Shown here one piece after another: positions 48,457 to 58,054 of a DNA stretch of 64,000 bases. The stretch is taken from NCBI GenBank assembly GCA_050950825.1, contig JBMNIH010000010.1, positions 128,001 to 192,000 on the forward strand, read 5' to 3'. Every line of letters starts with the position of its first letter. Within the stretch, counting starts at the first letter, position 1. The position numbers were made by a program, and so were the translations under genes. The notes under the pieces are model-generated. The model saw only the letters and a program-made list of their open reading frames with translations. It searched no databases and was not told the origin of the DNA. This stretch comes from Clostridia bacterium. Its GTDB lineage: Bacteria > Bacillota > Clostridia > JAAYHZ01.

Positions 48457-48639
48457 ATGCGGAAAATCTGCTTGTGGACGGTGTGTATCGGTTTACTGTT
48501 TTTTATATACAGCTGCAGCCAAACAAAGAATCAAGATATCGCTATGTATGAAAATCAAATCAAGCATATGGAAAGCGAAATGGAACAGCTGAGAGAAGAA
48601 AATGAGCGGTTAAAGAAGCTGCTCGGTGAAACATCATGA
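48457..48639 (+). CDS. small putative lipoprotein with coiled coil
   Basis: SD GAGGT; MRKICLWTVCIGLLFFIYS-C lipobox-like signal; heptad-rich tail; ATGA overlap with the next gene. Confidence 0.65.
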   Translation: MRKICLWTVCIGLLFFIYSCSQTKNQDIAMYENQIKHMESEMEQLREENERLKKLLGETS

Positions 48640-49730
48640 GCAACCAAATCAATCGCCAGCGGTTAACCGTGTCCGAATGGCTTTTGCTGTATATTGTTAC
48701 AACGTATGCGCCTACCACTCGTTTGGTGTCACAAATGACCATAATCAAAGCCAAGGAGATGGCATGGCTTGTGCCCATTGCAAGCTGTATTGTCTATATA
48801 CCGCTTTTAGCGGTTGTGGCCGTTATTGTCAAGAAGTTTCAAGGAATGTCCTATATAGATATTTTGACATCCGTTTTCGGGAAATGGGCCGGAAAAGCCG
48901 TCGGTACGCTTTTGCTTTTGTATTTGGTTGTTTTGCTTTCCATGTACATTCGATATTCCACCGACCAGCTGACCACCACCATCTATATTGCCACCGACTA
49001 CCGAATATTCGTTTTCATCGAATTGTTTGCCATTTTCTTTATGCTGCGAGGAGGAATCGCCACCATCGCAAGGATGAACAAAATCATTTTCTTTTTATTG
49101 GTTTCCCAATTTGTTTTGCTTTTAATCTTCATGGCAAAGGATATGGACCTTCAAAACGTCACTCCCGTTCATACGGGAGGTATTCCCGGTGTATTTGACG
49201 GTTTAAGCTATGCTCTATGCATCTTAGGTTACGTTTCTTTTCTTTTGATCGTAAACGACAAAGTCATTTTACATGAAAACTTTCAAAAGGAATTTATACG
49301 ATTGGGTATTTTCATGATCACCGCTTTTACGCTGGTCATATTTTGGACGTTAGCCATATTCGGGCATCGTGTTACGGAAAGGTTAAATTATCCTTTTTTC
49401 CAAGCGGTAAAGGGCATCATCATCTTTAAAGGGATGACCGGAATGGAAGCTTTGTTTTTGTCTTTGTGGCTTTTGTCCGAATTCATGATTATTTGCCTTT
49501 ACAGCTTTTGCATCCTTCATTTGGCTCGAGGCATTTTCAACATCAAAAGCGAGCTGCCTTTTTTGAGTGTTTTTCTCGTTTTTATATTCCTGTTTTCTCA
49601 ATACTTTTGCAGCAATACCTTTGAATTGCAGAAATTTTCGAGAAATATTTCCACGCCGGGGAATATGGTTTTTGCGGTGGCGTTGCCCTTTGCGGTATAT
49701 GTTGCGGGTAAGATCAGAAAAAAGATTTGA
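48636..49730 (+). CDS. spore germinant receptor B subunit (GerAB/APC family)
   Basis: About 10 TM segments, FGKWAGK, GIATIAR, YPFF, EALFLSLW. Confidence 0.9.
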   Translation: MSNQINRQRLTVSEWLLLYIVTTYAPTTRLVSQMTIIKAKEMAWLVPIASCIVYIPLLAVVAVIVKKFQGMSYIDILTSVFGKWAGKAVGTLLLLYLVVLLSMYIRYSTDQLTTTIYIATDYRIFVFIELFAIFFMLRGGIATIARMNKIIFFLLVSQFVLLLIFMAKDMDLQNVTPVHTGGIPGVFDGLSYALCILGYVSFLLIVNDKVILHENFQKEFIRLGIFMITAFTLVIFWTLAIFGHRVTERLNYPFFQAVKGIIIFKGMTGMEALFLSLWLLSEFMIICLYSFCILHLARGIFNIKSELPFLSVFLVFIFLFSQYFCSNTFELQKFSRNISTPGNMVFAVALPFAVYVAGKIRKKI

Positions 49731-49755
49731 TTCTTTAACTTTGGAGGGTTAAAAG

Positions 49756-51236
49756 GTGATAGACGAACAAACGATCAAGGAGATGGAGATTACAACGGAA
49801 AATATAAAAGCGGTGTTTAAAGACCAAGACGATGTTATGTACAAGGATGCCTTTATTCGAGGTGAGCCTGAGTTAAGAGCGGATTTGGTGTATGTGGACG
49901 GAATGGCCGACGTATCCTCCATTAACGAGGATATCATCAAGCCTTTAAATGAAAATCCGGTATTTCAGCGTGTAAACACGCAGGAGGAGGCTTACGAAGC
50001 CGCCGTAAACGGCGGTATTTATCACGGCTCCATGGTGATGTTAAAAGACATGGAGGAGCTGGTAAGTACCCTTCTTTTCGGTTTTACGGTGGTCGTTTTC
50101 GACGGTATTAAAAAGGCGATTGCTTTTGAGACCAAAGGTTTTAAGTATCGGTCGGTTACGGCGGCACAAGAAGAGAATACGTATAAATCTCCGAAAGATG
50201 CCTTTGTTGAAAACATTCGGGTAAATGTCTCGTTAATTCGACAAAAAATCATCAGCCGTCATTTGGCCGTTAGCGAATTGGATGTAGGTACATTAAGCAA
50301 CACCCCATGCAGCATTTTGTATATGAGCAATATCTGCAACGAAGAGTTCGTTGAAATCATAAAAACAAGGTTGAAGAATATGAAGCAGGAAGACGCCCTG
50401 TCCATGCAGGATGTATATGAAAGCTTGGTGGAACACAAGTATACCATGTTTCCTCAGGCGAAAAGTACGGAAAGCTCATCGATAGTGTGTTCTTCATTAA
50501 TGGAAGGAAAAGTGGCGGTTTTGATAAACGGCATACCTTACGCATTGATTTTCCCGATGGTGTTCGGCGATTTATTTAATTCTTCCTTTGATTACAACAT
50601 CAATTTCGCTTTGGCAAGCTTCTTTCGTATTATGCGTTATGCAAGCTTTTTGTTTACCCTTCTTCTTCCCGGGATTTATGTTGCCATTGCGGAATTTCAC
50701 CCGGAAATGATTCCTTTCGCTTTGTTAAATGCCATCGGCGCCGCGAAAGCGGGAACACCCTTCAATACGGTTCTTGAAATACTGATTATGAGCTTTACTT
50801 TTTACGTATTAATCCAAGTAAGCATGCAGGTACCCACCTCCATGGGCTCCGCCGTATCTATCGTAGGAGGTATTGTGTTAGGACAGGCGGCGGTTCAAGC
50901 ACAGCTGGTATCTCCCGGCGTCATTGTGGTTATTGCCGCCGCGTCCATTGCCGCCTTGGCCATTCCCAACAAGGATGCCAATTTTGCGGTATGGATATGG
51001 CAAGGCTTTATTACCATACTGACCTCCGTGTTCGGATTATACGGCTTATCCGCAGGATTCATATTGTTCCTTTACTGTCTGGCACGATTGGAGTCTTTAG
51101 GCGTTCCTTATCTGTCGCCCTATATCCATCCTCCAAAATGCAGCCCGAAGATTCCTTTATTCGTTTTCCCCTTACCGATATTCAATACCGGCCGATCTAT
51201 TTAAAGCCGAAAGAAAAGGAAAGGAAAAAGAAATGA
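49756..51236 (+). CDS. spore germinant receptor A subunit (GerA family; apparent 1-nt deletion at about 51126)
   Basis: PKDAFVE, FPQ, FHPEMIP, SIVGGIVLGQAAVQA, GVPYLSP; the typical DSFIRFP...RP tail is in the -1 frame and ends at 51236. Confidence 0.9.
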
Positions 51237-52405
51237 AGAAGAAACGATTGATTGTTATGCTTTCCTTGCTTCTTTTTTTGACCGGGTGCAGCAGCTTGCC
51301 CCATAAAATACCCTTAGAAGATATCCAAGCCATCTTAATTGCCGGTATCGATGTGAACGAGGGTATGGTGGAGCTGACCGTCATGAGCGTGGGTAGCCAA
51401 CCGGGATCCGGTGACAAGAAGGGAGAGGAAGCGATAAAAATTTACGAAGCGACCGGAAAAACGGTGTTTGAAGCCAAGCAGAACTTAAGCTTGTATAACG
51501 ATAAGCACTTAATATGGGCTCATTTGGAATATATCATAATCGGAGAGGATACGGCTCGAGCGGGGATCGCACCCCATTTGGATTTTTTCTTAAGGCATCA
51601 TGAAAACCGTTTGACGGACGATCTTATCGTAGCGAAAAATATGACGGCAAGAGAGTTCATACGTTCGACGGACACGGCTCAGCCGAAGATAAATGAAAAA
51701 ATACGCCATTTGTTTAAGGATGCGGAAATCAAATCCACCATCCGTAATGTGAATTTAAAGACTTGGGCGTTAAAACATCTTTCGGACACCATGTACGTCA
51801 TTTTGCCCGTTTTAAGTACAACGGAAAGAACGCATAAAGAAAAAGAACAACAAGAAGAGGGCACTCAAAAAAAAGATATTCGGACCGACGGATATGCCGT
51901 ATTTAATCGAGAAGGAAAACTGATTGATTATGCTTCCTTGGAGTATTCCCGAGGGATCAATTGGATTACCGATGAAATTCATTCCACGGCGGTGGTAATC
52001 GAACCGGAATCCGGAGCCCAATTATCCGCACAAATCATACGATCAAAAACCAAATTGGAAATAGACGAAGAAGCCGTATCTTTGAATGTGGATATTAGCT
52101 TGATATTCAATATTCCGGAATACACGGGCAATAAGGAACTGTACGATTTGGAATACGTAGGGTTAATCAAAGGAAAGCTGGAGGATATGATCGAAAAAGA
52201 AGTGATCGATACGGTAAAATACTTGCAAAGCTTGGATGCCGATGCCATTAATATCGGTAATGTCTATTACCATAAATATCCGAAAAGGTGGCCCATGATG
52301 AAAGATATGTGGGAAGAGAAATTCAGGCAAATGAACGTGAACGTAAGCGTTAGGTCTACCTTAAGAAATACGTATAACATCCTTAACCCCATGGAGAAAG
52401 AGTGA
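51233..52405 (+). CDS. spore germinant receptor C subunit lipoprotein (Ger(x)C)
   Basis: LTGC lipobox, AGID, GKTVFEA, HLEYIIIGE, LDFFLR. Confidence 0.92.
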   Translation: MKKKRLIVMLSLLLFLTGCSSLPHKIPLEDIQAILIAGIDVNEGMVELTVMSVGSQPGSGDKKGEEAIKIYEATGKTVFEAKQNLSLYNDKHLIWAHLEYIIIGEDTARAGIAPHLDFFLRHHENRLTDDLIVAKNMTAREFIRSTDTAQPKINEKIRHLFKDAEIKSTIRNVNLKTWALKHLSDTMYVILPVLSTTERTHKEKEQQEEGTQKKDIRTDGYAVFNREGKLIDYASLEYSRGINWITDEIHSTAVVIEPESGAQLSAQIIRSKTKLEIDEEAVSLNVDISLIFNIPEYTGNKELYDLEYVGLIKGKLEDMIEKEVIDTVKYLQSLDADAINIGNVYYHKYPKRWPMMKDMWEEKFRQMNVNVSVRSTLRNTYNILNPMEKE

Positions 52406-52409
52406 TTGT

Positions 52410-52616
52410 ATGGTCCTTGTGTTGGTTCTTTTAATCGGTTTAAGTATTTATGACATCCGATTGTTGAAAAAAGAAAACGACAAAAAGCAGATGATTATGT
52501 ATTGTATTTTTGCACTGGCGACCTTGGCCTTCGGAATATGGTATATCACCGGAACCATCGAACACAGCTTCTGTTATGAATTGTTTCACCTTTTGGGAAT
52601 TAGCGATAGAAACTGA
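52410..52616 (+). CDS. small two-TM membrane protein (germinant-receptor D-subunit-like)
   Basis: Two hydrophobic helices, 4 nt downstream of gerC. Confidence 0.6.
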   Translation: MVLVLVLLIGLSIYDIRLLKKENDKKQMIMYCIFALATLAFGIWYITGTIEHSFCYELFHLLGISDRN

Positions 52617-52724
52617 TAAAAATTTATCAAGTACCTTTTCATCTCCATTTGAATATGATATACTTGGGTTTATCGTTAAACAATGAATTTCAATTTTGGC
52701 TTATAAATCCGGGAGGTGAAAAGA

Positions 52725-52847
52725 ATGGAGTCAGGCGGAAGTAGTTCCGGCAGTGGAGGTATACGATTACGTATAAAGAAAAAGGCACCGAAGGAGTCTC
52801 CTTTGGCTCTGTTCTTTTGTGCTTCTTGTATTTGCCATGTCGGTTAA
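52725..52847 (+). CDS. putative leader peptide (uORF) of mgtE, 40 aa
   Basis: Strong SD GGAGGTGA; MESGGSSSGSGGIRLRIKKKAPKESPLALFFCASCICHVG; extended -10 TGATATACT at about 52656-52664. Confidence 0.55.
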   Translation: MESGGSSSGSGGIRLRIKKKAPKESPLALFFCASCICHVG

Positions 52848-52989
52848 CCTCTTTTCTTTTATACGTTTTCAATCGATTCTTTCGCTGTCCCTGCCTAACC
52901 GTTATACGGAAAGTATTATGAAATAAAGCAAAAAAGCGTTTTGCTTTATCGGAATTTTTTTGCTTAAAAAATGAAAGGAGGACAGCCCC

Positions 52990-54324
52990 ATGAGTGAATG
53001 GATTTTGGATTTAATTAATAGAAATAAATATGCCGAAGTCCGAAACATGCTTATTGAAATGAACGTGGTGGACATCGCTCAGATCGTAGAAGAAATCGAT
53101 AAGGATAAGCTTTTAATCCTGTTTCGCATATTGCCGAAGGAAATGGCGGCAGGAGTTTTTTCATACATACCGTCGGAGCTTCAGGAGTTTATTGTCGAAT
53201 CCATTACGGATAAAGAAATCAAAAATATTATCGATACTTTGTTTCTTGACGATGCCGTCGACTTTTTGGAAGAAATGCCGGCGAATGTGGTCAAGAGGGT
53301 TTTAAGAAACACGGATCCCGAAACGAGAAAGCTGATCAATCAATTTTTGAATTATCCGGAGGATTCCGTCGGCAGCATCATGACCATCGAATTTGTGGAC
53401 TTAAAGAAGGAAATGACGGTCCGCGAAGCGATTCAACACGTAAAGGAAACCGGGGTGGATAAAGAAACCATTGACAATTGTTATGTTCTGGATAACAACC
53501 GTATTTTGGAAGGCGTCATATCCATCCGTAAGCTGATTTTAAGCGACGATAACGAAAAGCTAGAGGACATCATGGAAACGGATATCAAGTCGGCGAACAC
53601 CCACGACCACCGAGAAGTTTTGGTGTCCCTGTTCAAAAAGTATGACTTGCTATCGCTGCCGGTGACGGATAACGAATACCGTTTGGTAGGGATTGTTACC
53701 GTTGACGACGTAGTCGACATTATGGACCAAGAAGCTACGGAAGACTTTCAATTGATGGCAGCCATGCAGCCCTCGGAAAAGGAATATTTGAAAACCGGCG
53801 TACTGGAGTTGGCTAAAAACCGTATTTTTTGGCTTCTAATTTTAATGATTTCCGCTACATTTACAGGAAGTATTATTAGCAAGTACGAAGATGCACTGCA
53901 AGCGGTGGTGATACTTGCATCCTTTATTCCCATGATTATGGATACCGGTGGTAATTCCGGTGCTCAGTCGTCTACCATGATTATTCGAGGTCTCGCATTA
54001 GGAGAAGTAAAACCAAATGATATTTTAAAAGTGATTTGGAAAGAGCTAAGAGTCGGTATTTTAGTGGGAATTGTTTTATCTTCCGTTAATTTTATAAGGC
54101 TTTTAGTCCTTGTGAAGGTAGATACTTTTATCGCTTTAACCGTAAGTATAACCTTGATGCTTACTGTGGTTGTAGCAAAGCTTGTGGGAGGAACGCTCCC
54201 CTTAGCCGCTAAGAAGGTAAAGCTGGATCCGGCCATCATGGCGAGTCCTTTGATTACAACCATTGTGGACGCCGTTGCCCTTTTGCTGTATTTCCGATTT
54301 GCAACAATTTTGTTGGGGATATAA
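52990..54324 (+). CDS. mgtE: magnesium transporter MgtE
   Basis: N domain, CBS pair (YPEDSVGSIMT), GGNSGAQS, DPAIMASPLITTIVD. Confidence 0.96.
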   Translation: MSEWILDLINRNKYAEVRNMLIEMNVVDIAQIVEEIDKDKLLILFRILPKEMAAGVFSYIPSELQEFIVESITDKEIKNIIDTLFLDDAVDFLEEMPANVVKRVLRNTDPETRKLINQFLNYPEDSVGSIMTIEFVDLKKEMTVREAIQHVKETGVDKETIDNCYVLDNNRILEGVISIRKLILSDDNEKLEDIMETDIKSANTHDHREVLVSLFKKYDLLSLPVTDNEYRLVGIVTVDDVVDIMDQEATEDFQLMAAMQPSEKEYLKTGVLELAKNRIFWLLILMISATFTGSIISKYEDALQAVVILASFIPMIMDTGGNSGAQSSTMIIRGLALGEVKPNDILKVIWKELRVGILVGIVLSSVNFIRLLVLVKVDTFIALTVSITLMLTVVVAKLVGGTLPLAAKKVKLDPAIMASPLITTIVDAVALLLYFRFATILLGI

Positions 54325-54331
54325 AAAAGTG

Positions 54332-54361
54332 TTGACATGGAGGCTTTGTTCGTCATATAAT
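54332..54361 (+). promoter_or_regulatory. sigma-A promoter of the aro operon
   Basis: TTGACA-N18-TATAAT. Confidence 0.85.
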
Positions 54362-54390
54362 ATCCTAAATTTATTAAGAGGTAAGGTTTT

Positions 54391-54516
54391 ATGGAAACTT
54401 ATCGCCCGGAAAGAAGAATAAAGTTAAATTTGAATAGCTACTTTAGCTTCTTTACCTATGCCTTTTTTGCGTTTTATTTCTTTTTCTTTAGAACCGGGCG
54501 AATCGTAAGACCTTAG
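54391..54516 (+). CDS. Phe/Tyr-rich attenuator leader peptide, 41 aa
   Basis: SD GAGGT; METYRPERRIKLNLNSYFSFFTYAFFAFYFFFFRTGRIVRP (10 Phe, 4 Tyr). Confidence 0.8.
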   Translation: METYRPERRIKLNLNSYFSFFTYAFFAFYFFFFRTGRIVRP

Positions 54517-54534
54517 GTTTTGGTTAAGAAAATC

Positions 54535-54568
54535 AAAGCGGGAGGCGGATTCAGCCCCCCGCTTTTTT
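54535..54568 (+). terminator. attenuator terminator before aroF
   Basis: AAAGCGGGAGGC-loop-GCCCCCCGCTTTTTT. Confidence 0.85.
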
Positions 54569-54672
54569 GATACATCCGGTTCGGATCTTCGTCAAAACCG
54601 GTTGCCCAAAAAACAGGGGGAGTCGAATCGAAAAAAGCCTTCCGAAAGATAATAAGTGAAGGAGGACACCCC

Positions 54673-55680
54673 ATGATATTAGTTTTAAAAACCAATGTGG
54701 AAGAAAAGAAGATCGAGGAATTGATCCGGACGTTAGAAAGCAGTCAAATACGTGTGGAAAGAACCAAAGGCGTGGACTACACCATTTTGGCGTTAATCGG
54801 CGATACACGGTCGGTTAATGAAGGGACCATACTCAATTCCGACATTGTTCACCGAATCATTCATGTACAAGAACCGTACAAGCAAGCGAATCGGCTTTTC
54901 CATCCGGAGAATACGACGGTCAAAGTAGGCGACTGCACCATCGGAGGAGGAGAATTTGCCGTTATTGCAGGTCCTTGCTCCGTAGAAAGCGAGGAACAGA
55001 TTTTGACCGTTGCACGGGAAGTAAAAAAATCCGGAGCAAAATTCTTACGAGGCGGCGCATACAAACCTCGAACATCCCCCTACAGCTTCCAAGGATTAGG
55101 GGAGCGGGGATTGGATTTGCTCAAGCTGGCAAAGGAAGAAACCGGCTTGCTGATTGTCTCGGAAATATTGTCAACGGACCAATTGGACCGTTTTGTCCGG
55201 GATGTGGACATCATCCAAGTAGGCGCTCGAAACATGCAGAATTTTTCCTTGTTAAAAGAACTGGGTAGGGTCCAAAAACCGGTTATTTTAAAGAGGGGAA
55301 TGTCGGCCACCATGGAGGAATGGCTTATGTCGGCGGAGTATATTATGGCGGAGGGGAATAAAAACGTCATTTTGTGCGAAAGAGGAATAAGAACATTCGA
55401 AACCTACACCCGCAACACCTTCGATATCAGCGCCATACCCATGATTAAGCACTACAGCCATTTGCCCATAATCGCCGACCCCAGCCACGCGACAGGAAGG
55501 TGGTGGATGGTAGAGCCTTTGGCAAAAGCGGCGGTAGCGGCGGGAGCCGACGGACTCATGGTAGAGGTGCATCCGAATCCGGAAAAAGCTCTATCCGACG
55601 GAGCACAGTCTTTAACCCTCGAAAGCTATAAAAAATTAATGAATGAAATTAATTTAATGATCGGAAAATTGGCGTGTTAA
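54673..55680 (+). CDS. aroF: DAHP synthase, type I-beta with N-terminal regulatory domain
   Basis: [46 protein letters not shown]. Confidence 0.95.
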   Translation: MILVLKTNVEEKKIEELIRTLESSQIRVERTKGVDYTILALIGDTRSVNEGTILNSDIVHRIIHVQEPYKQANRLFHPENTTVKVGDCTIGGGEFAVIAGPCSVESEEQILTVAREVKKSGAKFLRGGAYKPRTSPYSFQGLGERGLDLLKLAKEETGLLIVSEILSTDQLDRFVRDVDIIQVGARNMQNFSLLKELGRVQKPVILKRGMSATMEEWLMSAEYIMAEGNKNVILCERGIRTFETYTRNTFDISAIPMIKHYSHLPIIADPSHATGRWWMVEPLAKAAVAAGADGLMVEVHPNPEKALSDGAQSLTLESYKKLMNEINLMIGKLAC

Positions 55681-55715
55681 AATACGGATATACGGTCTTT
55701 GATGAGGATATGAAC

Positions 55716-56786
55716 ATGAAGGAATTGAATTTAACGGCAACAGACAGCCGTTCCGTGATATTAATTGAAGAAGGGCTGCTGCATCGATTACCGGAGCTTG
55801 TAAGGAACCTGTTTCCTTTGTCTAAGGTTTTAATCGTGACCGACGAAAACGTGGAGAAGCTATACGGCAAAAGCGTTTATGAATCCTTGGCACGCTCCGG
55901 CATCCCTTGCGTCAAAAAGGTATTGCCTTTCGGGGAGAGGACAAAATCCTTTGAATACTTGAATATAATCTTGGATTGCTTGGGAGAAAACGGCTTTACG
56001 AGAAGCGATGCGGTAATGGCCTTAGGAGGAGGAGTCATAGGAGACTTATCCGGCTTTGCCGCCGCCTTATGGCAAAGGGGAATGAAATTAATCCAAGCTC
56101 CGACAACCCTTCTGGCCCAGATTGACAGCAGCATCGGAGGAAAGACCGCCATTGACACCAAATGGGGGAAAAACACGATAGGCGCTTTCAAGCAGCCGGA
56201 CTTGGTTTGCATCGACCCTCAAGTCTTGACAACCCTTTCGAAAACGGACTTTTCGGCCGGTATGGCGGAAATGATCAAGTATGCCTGCATTCGCGACAAA
56301 GAGATGTTCCGTATTTTAAAAACGCATTCGGACAATATATTCCCGCACCTTTCGGAGCTCATTCTTCAAGCATGCAAGATTAAGAAAGAGGTTGTGGAAG
56401 AGGATTGCTTTGATACGGGATTACGTATGATTTTAAATTTCGGCCATACCGTCGCCCATGTTTTGGAAGGGCTGAACGATTTCGAGGGCTTGCCTCACGG
56501 GTATGCAGTGGCTTTGGGTATGATCGACATAACCAAGCGGTCGGAAGCCCTCGGGTGGACTCTTTCCGGAACGGCGGATCAAATACAAAAGCTGTGTGAC
56601 GCCTACGGACTTCCTACGGAAATGCCTGCGGTAGACAAGAGAGCGGCCGTTTCCTTTTTGTTAAGAGATAAAAAAGCCAGAAGCGGTCAAATGAATTTGG
56701 TGTTGTTAAAAGAAATCGGTTCCTGCTTCATTAAAAAGATGGACGTAGGGGATGCGATACAATTTCTCGGTTGGGAGGAAAAATGA
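55716..56786 (+). CDS. aroB: 3-dehydroquinate synthase
   Basis: GGGVIGDL, PTTLLAQIDSSIGGKT, LNFGHT, HGYAV, DKK. Confidence 0.96.
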   Translation: MKELNLTATDSRSVILIEEGLLHRLPELVRNLFPLSKVLIVTDENVEKLYGKSVYESLARSGIPCVKKVLPFGERTKSFEYLNIILDCLGENGFTRSDAVMALGGGVIGDLSGFAAALWQRGMKLIQAPTTLLAQIDSSIGGKTAIDTKWGKNTIGAFKQPDLVCIDPQVLTTLSKTDFSAGMAEMIKYACIRDKEMFRILKTHSDNIFPHLSELILQACKIKKEVVEEDCFDTGLRMILNFGHTVAHVLEGLNDFEGLPHGYAVALGMIDITKRSEALGWTLSGTADQIQKLCDAYGLPTEMPAVDKRAAVSFLLRDKKARSGQMNLVLLKEIGSCFIKKMDVGDAIQFLGWEEK

Positions 56787-58054
56787 TGCAGGTTACCGTT
56801 TATCCTTCAAAGTTAAAAGGAACCCTTTTTGTGCCTCCTTCGAAAAGCCAAGCCCACCGTCTGTTATTGGCGGCGGTACCGTCAAAGGAACCTTGTGTCA
56901 TTGATTCCGTCGCTTTCTCCGATGATATATCGGCAACCGTCGGAGCCATGGAGGCATTGGGTAAAAAAATCGATATGAAAAAAGGTGATTTCGAATATCG
57001 TTTGACGGTTCAAGAGGGAACTTTGACAAAAAACCCCGTGATAAATTGCAAAGAATCCGGTTCCACCTTACGCTTTGCCATTCCCTTGGCGCTTGCCGTA
57101 GCCGGCGAAGCGACATTTACGGGGGAGGGCCGTTTGGGGGAAAGGCCTTTGAACGTTTACAAGGATTTGCTTGAGAAACAGGGTATTTTATGGGAAGCGG
57201 ATGTTAAAGGACTGCCTTTACACGTTAAAGGCGAATTGATGCCGGGTATTTATTCGGTTCCGGGCGATATCAGCTCTCAATTTATTACGGGGCTGTTGCT
57301 GGCGCTTCCTTTGCTTAAAGGGGATTCGGTGCTTACGATTGAAGGCGTACTTGAATCGGCGCCTTACGTGGACATAACCGTCGACGTGTTAAAAAAATAC
57401 GGTGTCCGCATCACGGAAGAGGAACCGTACCGAATTTACCGAATTCCGGGAGGTCAAACCTTCGGGAACGTGAACGCCATGGTGGAGGGGGACTGGTCCC
57501 AAGCCGCTTTTTATATATTGAGCGGATTATTCGGAAACGGCGTATTGCTAAAAGGATTGGATAAAGATTCATACCAGGGGGATAAAAGGATCGTTTTCTT
57601 TTTACGTTCCATGGGAGGAGATATCCGATGGACGGATGAAGGACTAATGGCGTACCCTTCGGAATTAAAAGGTGTCGACATGGATATTTCCCATTGCCCG
57701 GATTTGGCTCCGGTGTTGGCGCTGGCTTGTTCTGTAGCAAAAGGATGCAGCCGCATATCGGGAGCAAAAAGGCTTCGGATTAAAGAATCCGACCGCATCG
57801 AATCCGTGGGAAACACATTGAAGGCTTTAGGTGCGAAGATAGAATGCTTGGACGACGGATTTTTCATTGAGGGATCCGAAGCTTTAAACGGCGGCAAGGT
57901 CTTTTCGTATAAAGATCACCGAATTGCCATGATGGCGGCTGTTGCCGCTTGCGTATCCGAAGAGCCGATTGTGCTGGAAGGAGCGGAAGCCGTTAAAAAA
58001 TCGTATCCGAACTTTTGGGAGGATTACAAAATGCTTGGAGGGATCGTAGAATGA
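56783..58054 (+). CDS. aroA: EPSP synthase
   Basis: PPSKS, ESGSTLRF, SSQF, LRIKESDR, DHRIAM, KSYPNFW. Confidence 0.96.
   Translation: MMQVTVYPSKLKGTLFVPPSKSQAHRLLLAAVPSKEPCVIDSVAFSDDISATVGAMEALGKKIDMKKGDFEYRLTVQEGTLTKNPVINCKESGSTLRFAIPLALAVAGEATFTGEGRLGERPLNVYKDLLEKQGILWEADVKGLPLHVKGELMPGIYSVPGDISSQFITGLLLALPLLKGDSVLTIEGVLESAPYVDITVDVLKKYGVRITEEEPYRIYRIPGGQTFGNVNAMVEGDWSQAAFYILSGLFGNGVLLKGLDKDSYQGDKRIVFFLRSMGGDIRWTDEGLMAYPSELKGVDMDISHCPDLAPVLALACSVAKGCSRISGAKRLRIKESDRIESVGNTLKALGAKIECLDDGFFIEGSEALNGGKVFSYKDHRIAMMAAVAACVSEEPIVLEGAEAVKKSYPNFWEDYKMLGGIVE

Noticed and set aside
52784-52807. GGCACCGAAGGAG resembling a glycine riboswitch, or an M-box before mgtE
   Set aside because: The other conserved glycine-aptamer elements (GGAGAG, CTCTCAGG) and M-box core sequences are absent.
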